Shown one piece after another: positions 27,201 through 35,176 of a stretch of DNA of 64,000 bases (position 1 is the stretch's first letter; each line of letters starts with the position of its first letter). Under the pieces are notes generated by a model. It did no database searches. It was not told the origin of the DNA and saw only the letters and a program-made list of their open reading frames with translations. A program made the position numbers and the translations under genes. The stretch is from a virus (Duplodnaviria > Caudoviricetes): positions 1,275-65,274 of IMG/VR virus record IMGVR_UViG_3300024520_004699; one strand, 5' to 3'.

Positions 27201-28668
27201 AGCCCTCCTCAATCAGCGAGATCCCCTCGGCTTCTATTCCCGGGCCTCGCGCTCTGCCGCCCAGATCAAGCAGAAGAAGGGCCCTCCCGGGGCCATGATC
27301 AACCGTCTCAAGGAAGGCGGAGTGACCGACGAGGAGATCCGGTGGACCGGCCTCGACAAGTGGATGAAGAGCCGCAAGAGCGTCACCAAGGAAGAGGTGC
27401 AGAGCTATCTCCTCGACAACCGCATCCCCATCGAGAAACACCTGAAGGTAGGCGGGGGTGCGAAGTGGAAGGACCATTATGTCGAGGGCGGTCCCATAAC
27501 CACTCCCGGTGGATCCAACTATCGAGAGATCCTGTTCTCCTACGCTCCAAAGAAGCCCGGCAAGCCGATGTTCCTCTCGTCTCACTTCCAAGAGCCAAAC
27601 TTGATTGGTCACGTTCGCTTGCAGGACTATCCGGTGACCGGGGGAAGCATAAAGCCAGTCGATGAGGCGGCCTATCTAAAGGATCTTGCGGATTGGCGCA
27701 GGCAGCACGATGCGTGGAAAGCCAAATATGCAAAAGCGCAGATGAGCAACTTCAACTTCGATCCATCACCGGAAATGAGAGCCTTGTCGGCGCAAGAGCC
27801 TGTGAGGCCTTCTAAATCAAGGACCGCCCTGCTGTCAGAAGAAGAGCAGTCGGACTGGGCCCAGTATGGTCGCGCACACGGGTTCTCGCCCGGTGCCCGG
27901 GAGGCCAAGGAGGCTCTGAGAACTAAAGTGGATGACATCACTGCGGACATCATGAAGCTGAACATGAAGGAAGGTAATCTCAAAAGCAGGATGATGGACT
28001 TGGGATTTTCGTCAGGCGCATCCGGCACTGTAACCAAGCTCTTTGCAACCGGCAACACCGCCACCAAAAAGCAACTGGTCGACAAGGCAAAACTCGACGA
28101 GGAGATGAAAGACACAAAAGACAGGATGAGAGATCTGATCAAGGGCCGTTCCAATCTTCTCAGATCTCGGGTTCCAGCCGAGGAGGGCCCGTTGATCACG
28201 GAGACATCCAAGTGGACCGAGTTCCTCGCCAAGAACATCATCATGGAGGCGGTGGATGGAGGCTACAAATACATCGCTCTGAAGACCGGCGCATCTCAGG
28301 CTCGACGCTATCGCCTCGAGGAAGATGAAGCGGCGGGAATGATCACTTACTATGATGGCATCAGAATTGATGTGTGGCGTAAGCTTCTCAAGGAAATTGA
28401 CCCAGAGATCAAGATTGAAACAGCAAATCTCCAGCAGGAGTCCAGAGACGGAAGTGAGGGGGAGGCCATCTATCTAATTCGCGTCACCGAGGCAATGGAA
28501 GATGCCGCTGGGGAAGGTTTCTCACTTATGGCGGGGGGTGTGCCCTTTACGGACGACAGAAAATCTGAATTAACGCAGGTAGAGCACGATCCATTTGCTC
28601 CTTCGGAAGGAAGCCATGGCCCAGACGCACGACCCGCACAACGTACCGAAGCAAGAGCGGCAAGATGA
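21298..28668 (+). CDS. giant polyvalent virion-associated protein (SAM-methyltransferase fold, duplicated large-polyvalent-like domain, HhH/glycosylase-like domain)
   Basis: 2456 aa; VLDIGASEG..FDVVHESMTFQF; two homologous blocks (TGL..VT(R/K)(D/E)EV..YL.DN..Y.E.LF..H..E.QSD); WY..AITS..DRWHTR..QAVLW. Confidence 0.75.
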   Translation: MAGPSIFDSPLGQSFTKVTDFFSGKEKKPADVSYIPTDRTPKFAEEEQLTHTIDDLDRHWVGENGPFPNREAAAAWDQERREAARAHMPSPAATTEEQAERDKWSTYDTGTPHAEPPNVIGRTSYGRAIVKNEDGSLSTKRTSTFQFPDGKWYNAPTMDEGGNPLTDEQAYHSVTSYREEEGSGSVEIFGSDLYRDPVTDQTLSGYGTREEAEAAAQEESDRAMENVPYHLRPPQLVEVEHDPFSAENDPLGERAEAEAEPLGRNNIRVTPGKALRRINQHLMDMMERGVTAPGEAYSGELQVIGPDGHVTDEAIARSIEMTLASIGGGAAANAIIKAAGRDIARGRLSFAGRGIRDQIKVKRRMRQHEGLLAADEPSAGRALIPLAEQAGERIVQPRTGAIGGVDEGTQVLGLQESEGVAGGSGGTGLQRPAGYGREHPAGSLEQGDTGAAVRPPAEVGARSPDLEPTAAQKAYDDSAGFFSGITTGELQSQIPQISGYEPVIPLRPQEKAFEGARGEFKHYFEDHIAASIPGHPEVQASVGSAIVRAYGKTGADVLDIGASEGALNKAITKASGGKIRTVALDPNLDFKVTFESKPQAEGATFVAEAFGTPEQAGKFAFNHETTPINYFDPKGQKFDVVHESMTFQFIDAERLSKFEAAKDLLKDDGVALFEQKVKADGTDAWATNEEAKNQFKRRLFTEQQLSDKQEIALVGMNEKMVPKLELEQALKDTFKHVRQYWDSGNFKGYIASESEAAIKNFLNGMQDTSSSFSNVGYGFKLSANPKEAAPLLAALTRDVDAMGFVSPTLEAAKRLPAKGTAQQMLKQLENKLGGKPKEIEATGLPIWIERRSRGLLRKSDYDQRYKLNVSELIAATRKLDPASDLFKRVLEANKKYQDFITSSLLVDMEQLDSSIIDTFADLLGRDIFQTPQVKKGMVTRDEVVQYLRDNRVAVSEVALGKFEDVGDLDEIIIDARFHAIQESEQKFFVDEAQDVEGNETGEWVLSSESSGEEIGRYSSEDDAYAALTEAAEELAEGYDHLPGKPETVFSGYQQPHAGGEYTERLFHMPGHPGKFEGHHWQDEGVPLPIFAHQRVSYYQRPTLESPEATASREAMVSAMQADRRKLHDDIINFRQETVANSSQNDPIIQAKHRSMEEAHGQLGYKIRDTQNEFFEDIYFVGEYQSDLADAIREGGGLTDATARRNAQEELVVYEKELAAMRVEANQILKSVIEKGDMPMPDAANDDLGQYFREHESIALSSMANVANQVRNIPTRGRARELAERDSLVTLRMQEIENKLRRSENLSHPFANTTTDYVDFLIRATLTDAARLGMDRIVWTTPEDITLASHGQLEGNREFYGKIVRNRIQKQLKRLGPLAVLERTAAPHDAPVFRDTAYTEAEVDQAYEDSARLRELILHTDRRIQTLVSRAHAEGYSPPAPGIESYAYLEMSKRMAKPDAIGVSESLKSEITKEHATRDDFNQAYMKAQEILDVSLEDKKGKLVRADPEVGEVEVKKDPTGHGFRLHSKKTGSVMPGRFGTSTEAFEEADRMSLPFKRKDYMSIKLSPELRKQIMENGIDLFANNPRAAAMIITALRDAEQAAQSVGFRRSVAGGMRSPIIGTGRKGKTLIKDIAKHFDAQHMEKYGRKLDPIGNPQDMDTIIAGAASEIQHQQSQPVTGEGWYGEDVEESFRQSTPIVPRLAESEPLRVLSTFMTAITSGIKNPVENWEAGMDMLEAYEETGVVPTKKASGKNWGYNIAPQVNILNHLIGTMGEEGAARWLLSLHPVKELNEVRIASGYKKGSKVVGKMDDQLLGGEAFGAKYGPFGLGMNGFENTVSDRWHTRSYNRHIGRLSDVPKGYKSPATDMPRNSTERAAMKAWNMGAADEAGISELDGQAVLWYYEQQLYTDAGVPSEPQKFSEGAAKALQKRGFAAQPRDVRPSDEGQAGQQRQGAGSTLFSNPDEAAGLALLNQRDPLGFYSRASRSAAQIKQKKGPPGAMINRLKEGGVTDEEIRWTGLDKWMKSRKSVTKEEVQSYLLDNRIPIEKHLKVGGGAKWKDHYVEGGPITTPGGSNYREILFSYAPKKPGKPMFLSSHFQEPNLIGHVRLQDYPVTGGSIKPVDEAAYLKDLADWRRQHDAWKAKYAKAQMSNFNFDPSPEMRALSAQEPVRPSKSRTALLSEEEQSDWAQYGRAHGFSPGAREAKEALRTKVDDITADIMKLNMKEGNLKSRMMDLGFSSGASGTVTKLFATGNTATKKQLVDKAKLDEEMKDTKDRMRDLIKGRSNLLRSRVPAEEGPLITETSKWTEFLAKNIIMEAVDGGYKYIALKTGASQARRYRLEEDEAAGMITYYDGIRIDVWRKLLKEIDPEIKIETANLQQESRDGSEGEAIYLIRVTEAMEDAAGEGFSLMAGGVPFTDDRKSELTQVEHDPFAPSEGSHGPDARPAQRTEARAAR

Positions 28669-28969
28669 AGAAAAGCCGGTAACGATTTATGGAATGTCGG
28701 AGGTTGAGTTCAACCTCTGGAAGCGTCATCCAGCAACCGTGACGGTTCACAAATTCATGAAGGAATATGAGAGCACCCTGACAGAAGTACAGCAGGCCCG
28801 GATCAATGAGTCTGAGCGAAAGATCGACCTTCACATTGAATATGAAACCAGAGGTCGAGTTGCCATGCTTCAGGAGATTGGCCCCGATCTGACTTTTGAA
28901 TCACTGCTCTCATTCTATGGAAACAAAGACCCTGCCAATGAGCCAAGGCCTGAAACCGAGACTCCTTAG
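28616..28969 (+). CDS. hypothetical head-module protein
   Basis: FNLWKRHPAT motif; position before the GroES-like gene. Confidence 0.55.
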   Translation: MAQTHDPHNVPKQERQDEEKPVTIYGMSEVEFNLWKRHPATVTVHKFMKEYESTLTEVQQARINESERKIDLHIEYETRGRVAMLQEIGPDLTFESLLSFYGNKDPANEPRPETETP

Positions 28970-29393
28970 CACTGACCTCGGCCATTATGTCGAGGCAGTA
29001 TGGAGCGGTAAAAACGAATCCGGATACGAGCCTATAGGCGACCGGGTTCTTGTCTTGCCAAACGTGGCGAGCCCCCAGACCTCGGGCGACGTCTACATCC
29101 CAGACGAAGTCATCGAAAACAACACCTACTCCTCGGAGACCGGCATTCTGATTGCCGTGGGAGGAGATGCTTTCCTGTGGAACAGCGACCGATCCAGAGA
29201 GTGGCAATCGCTGAAGCCAGTGCCCGGCGACAAGATATTCTTCGAGAGATTTGCCGGAGGCATTGTGCGCGGGATAGATGGCAAGATGTACCGCATCATG
29301 GATGACAAGATGATTGCAGCGGTGAAAACAATGGATGCGGAGGAACATGGCGGAGCCGTCTCCAATCCGACCGGCAGGGGGGAGTCGGGCTAA
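28938..29393 (+). CDS. GroES-like co-chaperonin
   Basis: EPIGDRVLVLP..TSGDVYIPD..GILIAVG..PGDKIFF..G..DGKMYRIMDDKMI. Confidence 0.8.
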   Translation: MSQGLKPRLLSTDLGHYVEAVWSGKNESGYEPIGDRVLVLPNVASPQTSGDVYIPDEVIENNTYSSETGILIAVGGDAFLWNSDRSREWQSLKPVPGDKIFFERFAGGIVRGIDGKMYRIMDDKMIAAVKTMDAEEHGGAVSNPTGRGESG

Positions 29394-29491
29394 CGCGAAT
29401 CTGGAGATCTTGAGAGACGGCTAGGATGGGCCACCGTCCACCGACATGGCACAAGACCCCAGTGACCCCCGTTATTTAAGAGGAAAAGAAA

Positions 29492-30445
29492 ATGGCAGAC
29501 GATAAAGACCTTGAAAGCCCAGAAGCCATAGAGGCCAGAATGAAGAAGGAAGCCTCCGAGGAAGAAGGCGGCGGTGGCGAGGGCGAGGGCGAGGGCGAAG
29601 GCGGAGAAGACACCGAGCTTGAAACTCGCGCCCGCCGTAATGGCTGGAGGCCTCAGGATGAATATCGAGGCCCGGAAGATGATTGGCTGCCAGCCGAGGA
29701 TTTCATCAAAAAGGTAGAGGAAGAGGTTCCTGTTCTGCGGGAGAGAAATCGTTTCCTCAGCGATCAGCTAGGCAAGCAGGAATCCCAGCTCAATGAGCAG
29801 GGGGTCAAGATCGACGAGATGTCATCTGTGCTCACGGAGTTCAACGAACACAACAAGCGGTCTGATGAGAGGGCATATGCTCGCGCCAAGATCGATCTGG
29901 AGGCGCAAATGGCAACCGCCGTAGAGGAAGCAGACACCGACAAATACAATAGCGCCAAAGGACAGCTTGATCAGCTCGACGAAGGCAGGCTCGGAGACAA
30001 TAAAGATGCTGGCGGTGCTGGCGGTGATGAAGGCAAAGGTCAGGCCAAGCCGCCTCCCCTCACTGCTGGCGAGCAAGCCTTCATTGATGATAACCAGCAC
30101 ATCTGGCGTCATCGTGGAGCAAAGAACGAGATGATTACTCGGTACGGTGAAAACCGGAACAACGGCATGTCGGAAACCGCTGGCCTGAAAGAAGCTAAGG
30201 AATGGACCGAAGATCAATACAAGCCGGAGGCTCTCGGGATCAAAAAGCCAGAAAGCCGCAGGGGGGATCCACCGGCAGTCGGCAAGCCGAGCGGCAAATC
30301 AAGAAAAGCCGCGCCCAAGAGATCGTTCGACGATCTACCTCAAGAGGCCAAGGACATCTGCGAGAGATTTGAGCGCCTCATTCCAAATTACAAAAGAGAT
30401 CAATACGTCAAGGACTACGACTGGTCGTCAGTCGAGGGAGGCTAA
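29492..30445 (+). CDS. capsid scaffolding protein
   Basis: Acidic, ARRNGWRPQDEY, coiled coil, C-terminal FDDLPQEAK; upstream of the capsid genes. Confidence 0.7.
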   Translation: MADDKDLESPEAIEARMKKEASEEEGGGGEGEGEGEGGEDTELETRARRNGWRPQDEYRGPEDDWLPAEDFIKKVEEEVPVLRERNRFLSDQLGKQESQLNEQGVKIDEMSSVLTEFNEHNKRSDERAYARAKIDLEAQMATAVEEADTDKYNSAKGQLDQLDEGRLGDNKDAGGAGGDEGKGQAKPPPLTAGEQAFIDDNQHIWRHRGAKNEMITRYGENRNNGMSETAGLKEAKEWTEDQYKPEALGIKKPESRRGDPPAVGKPSGKSRKAAPKRSFDDLPQEAKDICERFERLIPNYKRDQYVKDYDWSSVEGG

Positions 30446-30446
30446 C

Positions 30447-31055
30447 ATGGAAACGAATGCACCGGATCCGAAGACAGCAGCACCAGCCGCGCCAGCAGCG
30501 CCAGCAAAGCCAACGGTGGAAAAGGCTCCGCGCCGGGCAGTGAAATCCACGCCAGCGGTGGAGCCGACCAAGGAGGCTGTTCCAGTCAGCGAGGGAGTGT
30601 CTGCAGACCCGGGCCCTCATGGGCTTCCCAGCATGTCGGAGATGAAGGCCCGCAAGGGGGCGCGCAAGCCATTTGGAGCAATGGACCAGAAGCTGTACTG
30701 GCCTGCAGTGCCGGGCTGGCACCTGCATTGGTTCAATGATGTGAGCAACAACATCATGGAGGCTGATGCCCACGGTTATGTTCACATACTTGACAAAGAC
30801 GGTAAAAAAGTAAAACGTGGTGTTGGATCTCACCCAAATCAACCGGGTGGAATGTCTGCATTTCTCATGGCCATTCCTCAAGAGTGGTACGAAGAGAGCA
30901 AACGAGCCGAGCAAGCAGAGTTGGATAAATTTGACGCTGACTTGAGAAAAGGGGCCGTAGACGGAACTCCCGGCGAAGATGGGCGATATGTTCCTGAGGA
31001 CTCGACCGGCAAATCCCGTATCAAGATTGAAACTGAGACGGGCAAGCAGACTTAA
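30447..31055 (+). CDS. hypothetical head-associated protein
   Basis: PGWHLHWFND..AFLMAIPQEWYEE pattern typical of this head module. Confidence 0.6.
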   Translation: METNAPDPKTAAPAAPAAPAKPTVEKAPRRAVKSTPAVEPTKEAVPVSEGVSADPGPHGLPSMSEMKARKGARKPFGAMDQKLYWPAVPGWHLHWFNDVSNNIMEADAHGYVHILDKDGKKVKRGVGSHPNQPGGMSAFLMAIPQEWYEESKRAEQAELDKFDADLRKGAVDGTPGEDGRYVPEDSTGKSRIKIETETGKQT

Positions 31056-31137
31056 ACTCCCTTCACTTCAGATTCACGGACATGACTTGCGTCTTCGCAT
31101 GGTGCGGAGGCGTGTATCCTTTATTTGGAGAAGCATC

Positions 31138-31758
31138 ATGGCAAATGTCGATGCACCATTCGGGTTAGCGCCAACGCGCCATCTTGATGGAAGTCCATAT
31201 AACGGGCAGCACAGGTATTACTACACCCCCTCATCTCTGGCCGGAGACATCTTCATTGGTGATCCCGTCATTGCGTTGGGGGACGCCAACGACAACGAAG
31301 TGCAGGGGTATGCGGCTGCGACGATACCCGAAGTAACCATTGCAACAGCTGGTGATGGAAATATCATTACCGGCGTCGTTGTTGGCGTGTTGCCCGTTAC
31401 AAATGACTCGACGATCTATCGGGAGGCCTCGACCGAGCGCATCCTGATGGTCTGCGATGACCCTGATGTCATCTATGAGATTCAAGATGACGGAGCGGGG
31501 GCCCTTGTAGCAGACACCGTTGGACTCAACGCGGTGATGATTGCAGGGGGAGGTGGTTCCACCACTACCGGCAGGTCTAGCTGGGAGCTGGATGGCAACG
31601 CCGATCCACCGGCAGCTGATCAATCAAATCAGCTGTTCATATATGGGCTCAGCAAGAAAGAGGGTAACGAGGTCGGTGACTTCGCTATCTGGGAAGTGCT
31701 CATCAACACTCACCAATACCACGGCGGCGCTACCGGGCGCATCCTTGGTATCGCATAG
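31138..31758 (+). CDS. minor capsid/decoration protein
   Basis: MANVDAPFGLAP..IFIGDPV..DDPDVIYEIQ; precedes the MCP. Confidence 0.6.
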   Translation: MANVDAPFGLAPTRHLDGSPYNGQHRYYYTPSSLAGDIFIGDPVIALGDANDNEVQGYAAATIPEVTIATAGDGNIITGVVVGVLPVTNDSTIYREASTERILMVCDDPDVIYEIQDDGAGALVADTVGLNAVMIAGGGGSTTTGRSSWELDGNADPPAADQSNQLFIYGLSKKEGNEVGDFAIWEVLINTHQYHGGATGRILGIA

Positions 31759-31771
31759 GGAGGGCTGACCA

Positions 31772-32680
31772 ATGCCAGCAATTTCTACAGGCGCACATGC
31801 CAAAGCCCTATGGCCGGGTGTCGTTGCTTGGTGGGGCAGAGAGTACGACGAGTACGCTCCACAATGGACGGACTTGTTCAACTCGCAAAACTCCGACAAA
31901 GCATACGAGGACGTGGTCGAAGACGTCGGCTTTGGTCTTGCGGCAGTCAAGCCCCAAGGCGAAGCAATCGTCTACGATACGGACTCTCAAGGTGCCACAA
32001 CTCGGTTCCAACACATTGCATATGCCCTCGGGTACATCATCACATTCGAGGAAATGCGCGATAACTTGTACGTGGAAGTTGCGAAACGGCGCACGCCGGA
32101 TCTCGCTTTCTCGGCACACCAAACGAAGGAGAATGTTGGCGCGAACGTCTACAATCGTGCGTTCAACTCATCCTTTACGGGCGGTGACGGAGTTGAGCTG
32201 TGCTCACTTGTGCATCCAACGCTCGGCGGCAACCAAGCCAACGAGCCAACAGCCGGATCTGATCTGAGCGAGACAGCCATCGAAGATCTCTGCATTCAGA
32301 TCCACACAGCAACCGACTCGCGGGGGCGCAAGATCAGCCTTCGCGGTATGAGCCTGCATATCCCACCGGCCTTGGAGTTCGAGGCCAACCGTATCCTCAA
32401 GTCAGTCCTCCAGAGCGACACGGCAAACAATGCCGTCAATGCTCTGCGAGCGACCGGCAGCCTCCCTGAGGGTATCAAAGTCAACCAGTATTTCACATCA
32501 ACCACACAGTGGTACATCCGTACCAACTGCCGCACGGGCATGTTGCACTTCGGTCGTGACCCCATCGGGTTTGATGAGGACAATGACTTCGATACGAAGA
32601 ACCTCAAATATTGCTTCTACGAACGCTACAGCGTTGGCTGGGGTGATTGGCGAGGCGTGTACGGCAACCCGGGACCATAG
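31772..32680 (+). CDS. major capsid protein
   Basis: KALWPG..AYALGYIITFE..GGDGVELCS..HP..DNDFDTKNLKY..ERYSVGWGDWRGVYG. Confidence 0.85.
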   Translation: MPAISTGAHAKALWPGVVAWWGREYDEYAPQWTDLFNSQNSDKAYEDVVEDVGFGLAAVKPQGEAIVYDTDSQGATTRFQHIAYALGYIITFEEMRDNLYVEVAKRRTPDLAFSAHQTKENVGANVYNRAFNSSFTGGDGVELCSLVHPTLGGNQANEPTAGSDLSETAIEDLCIQIHTATDSRGRKISLRGMSLHIPPALEFEANRILKSVLQSDTANNAVNALRATGSLPEGIKVNQYFTSTTQWYIRTNCRTGMLHFGRDPIGFDEDNDFDTKNLKYCFYERYSVGWGDWRGVYGNPGP

Positions 32681-32776
32681 GAGTTCGTACACGAATGGGC
32701 GGGGGGATGTTCCCCTCGCCTCTCACCATCGATTATCCTTTTAGCGGGCCCTGACGGGTCGATTGGGAGAAAGAAA

Positions 32777-33715
32777 ATGCCTATCAATTCCAACTATCGC
32801 GGGGGTTTCCCGGGAGGCGTGTCAATCAAGAATATGCCTCTGTTCCCCACCTTCACCAACAATGTCTTCTGGGTCGATTCGGCTACGGGAGCAGACACCA
32901 ACAGGGGTAATGAGAGACTTCCTCTAGCCACCCTTGCGAAAGCCCTTACCAAGAGTGTTGCCAACAAGGGTGACATCATCATGGTCATGCCCAATCACGC
33001 CGAGACGATCACTGGCGTGGGCGGTATTGCTCTGGCGAAGGCTGGCGTAAGTATCATTGGGCTTGGTGTCGGAGCACAGCGTCCACGGTTCCTGATGGAT
33101 GGTGCGGCTACAGTCACCGCTACAGTCACCGCTGCCGATACCTTGGTTCAAAACTGTGTCTTTGCAGCTGGTCATGCGGACGTCGTTCGTTGCTTCAACA
33201 TCACAGCGGCTGGCTTCACGGCTGTCGATCTTGAATTTGTCGAGAACATAGTGGCTGAGAACTTCCTCATTCCATTCGACTTCTCGTCCACGACAGACAA
33301 CAACGCAGATGGTGCATCCATCATCGGGTGTCGCTCACTTGGCCTTGATGCTTCAGCGACCGAGTTTATAGCAATGACGGCTGACTGTGATCGTCTTACC
33401 GTTGAAAACAATACGGTCATTCAGTCTGGATCCACTGACGGCGCTCTGATCAAACAGGCAACCGGCAAGGATCTGACTCTCGTTTCGGTCATGTGGAACT
33501 TTGTACAGCATGCCATGACGGCTGGTGATCTTCTGATCGACAATGATACGACAGCGAATACGGGCATCGTCGCCCACAACCGCTGCCGCCATGCCGACGT
33601 GACCACTACTCATTCGCTAGTTGATTGCGATGGTGTTGGTCTGTTCGACAATCTGTCGGTTTCTACGAATGTCCTCTCGGGCTTCGTACTTCCGGCAATC
33701 GATGTCGATGGGTAA
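32777..33715 (+). CDS. virion protein with a beta-helix-like fold
   Basis: FWVDSATG..G..PLATLAKA..GDIIMVMPNHAETI; beta-strand-rich repeats. Confidence 0.6.
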   Translation: MPINSNYRGGFPGGVSIKNMPLFPTFTNNVFWVDSATGADTNRGNERLPLATLAKALTKSVANKGDIIMVMPNHAETITGVGGIALAKAGVSIIGLGVGAQRPRFLMDGAATVTATVTAADTLVQNCVFAAGHADVVRCFNITAAGFTAVDLEFVENIVAENFLIPFDFSSTTDNNADGASIIGCRSLGLDASATEFIAMTADCDRLTVENNTVIQSGSTDGALIKQATGKDLTLVSVMWNFVQHAMTAGDLLIDNDTTANTGIVAHNRCRHADVTTTHSLVDCDGVGLFDNLSVSTNVLSGFVLPAIDVDG

Positions 33716-33806
33716 TTGGGCCAGTTCTGGGTTGCATACACCTTCTGGAGTTCAAGGATTCCGGGGGTGTATGCGCCGGGGACAACCAAGGTGACAGGAG
33801 AGCGCT

Positions 33807-34454
33807 ATGCGCCCAAGAGAATATGACATAGACCCGGCCAACGCCAATCTCATCGGCTTCGCATCCAATGTGACCGGAGCCACGTTCACCCTGACGGCGA
33901 ATGACTCTGGAGACAGTCTCGCTCATCAGGTTAGCGTCAAAAATGACAGCGCCACGGATCATTCGGCCAAGACCCTTACGTTTGTTGGCACTGATCCGGA
34001 TGGCTTTGCTCTGACGGAGACAATCTCTGCTCCGGGCACTTCGGCGACCGTCGAAACTGCGGGATATTACCTGACCCTGACGAGCGTAACGGTGTCCGCG
34101 ACAATCGGCGCTGACACGTTTGATATCGGGTGGGTCGATGAAGTCTCGACGAGAACCATTCAGGTTGATGACAGATCCTCTGTCCCGGTCTCGGTTGGCA
34201 TTACGGTAACCGGCACCATCGACTTCACAGTGCAAGAGACGCTGGAGGCTCTGGACTGGCACCTTGGTGCCAATGGCAAAACCTCACAAAATCTGGATTG
34301 GCACGGCATCATTACTCCCGTCGATCTGCTTGCCATAACGGCAAATGCGGTTGGCTTGGGAACTATCGGAGCTACTGCCATTCGCCTGATCATCAACAGC
34401 TACACAGACACGGCAGAACTCCAGATGCACGTCTCTCAGCCTCACGCAGATTAG
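33807..34454 (+). CDS. virion structural protein
   Basis: Thr/Ala/Val-rich, in the structural operon. Confidence 0.6.
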   Translation: MRPREYDIDPANANLIGFASNVTGATFTLTANDSGDSLAHQVSVKNDSATDHSAKTLTFVGTDPDGFALTETISAPGTSATVETAGYYLTLTSVTVSATIGADTFDIGWVDEVSTRTIQVDDRSSVPVSVGITVTGTIDFTVQETLEALDWHLGANGKTSQNLDWHGIITPVDLLAITANAVGLGTIGATAIRLIINSYTDTAELQMHVSQPHAD

Positions 34455-34504
34455 GGCGTGGATCATGCCTGCTGGCGGCAAATTAGATTTGAGGACGGCT
34501 AGAC

Positions 34505-34957
34505 GTGGCAACGGCAACATTCACTCTCTTCGACGAGTTCATTCGCTATCTTGGCGATGGCACAATTGATCTGGACAGTGACACGTTCAAGTGGATCTTG
34601 ACCAATACCGCTCCTGTCGCCGCAACCGATACCCTCCTTGCCGACATCAGCCAGATCTCAGGATCAAATGGCTACACGACCGATGGCGATGCCGCTACGT
34701 CAGTGACGTGGGCAGAGACAGGCGCAGGGACAGGCATATGGCAATTCTCCACAGCTGATCAGACATGGACGGCGGTTGGCGGAGTTCTCGGAGGAGGGTC
34801 GTTTAGGTATGTCGTCCTGTATGATGCCACTCCTATAATTCCACTCGGTCCTCTCGTCGGCTATCTCGATCACGTAACATCTATCTCGCTTAACCCAGAC
34901 ACTTCGTTTACCGTCGATGTTGGATCAGCTGGGCTTATCCAAGTGCAGGAGGCTTAA
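34505..34957 (+). CDS. virion structural protein
   Basis: IDLDSDTFK..NGYTT..FRYVVLYD pattern. Confidence 0.6.
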   Translation: MATATFTLFDEFIRYLGDGTIDLDSDTFKWILTNTAPVAATDTLLADISQISGSNGYTTDGDAATSVTWAETGAGTGIWQFSTADQTWTAVGGVLGGGSFRYVVLYDATPIIPLGPLVGYLDHVTSISLNPDTSFTVDVGSAGLIQVQEA

Positions 34958-35170
34958 GTGAAGAGCGTAGATAAAAAAATTGCAGAGCTTAGAGATAAGC
35001 GAGAGCACCTTGGTCGCAAGGGTGAAGAAATCCGACTGCAGAGGAGGGCCCTGTCAGCTGAGATAAGAGAGCTTGAGAGCACCTCGTCTCCTGACAAAAC
35101 AGACAGGCCCAGCGTTCACATGGGGGTGAAGCCAGCTGCGTTAAATTTGAAGCCCGGGAAAACAGGATAG
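34958..35170 (+). CDS. small coiled-coil protein
   Basis: Coupled ORF in the structural operon. Confidence 0.45.
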   Translation: MKSVDKKIAELRDKREHLGRKGEEIRLQRRALSAEIRELESTSSPDKTDRPSVHMGVKPAALNLKPGKTG

Positions 35171-35176
35171 ACGGCC

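Noticed and set aside
29568-29605. GGCGAG tandem repeat
   Set aside because: Encodes a Gly-Glu linker in the scaffolding protein; ordinary coding low complexity.
34999-35085. GAGAGCACC matches to the loop repeat (also near 28769)
   Set aside because: Isolated, inside coding sequence, and without the partner repeat at 18-nt spacing.
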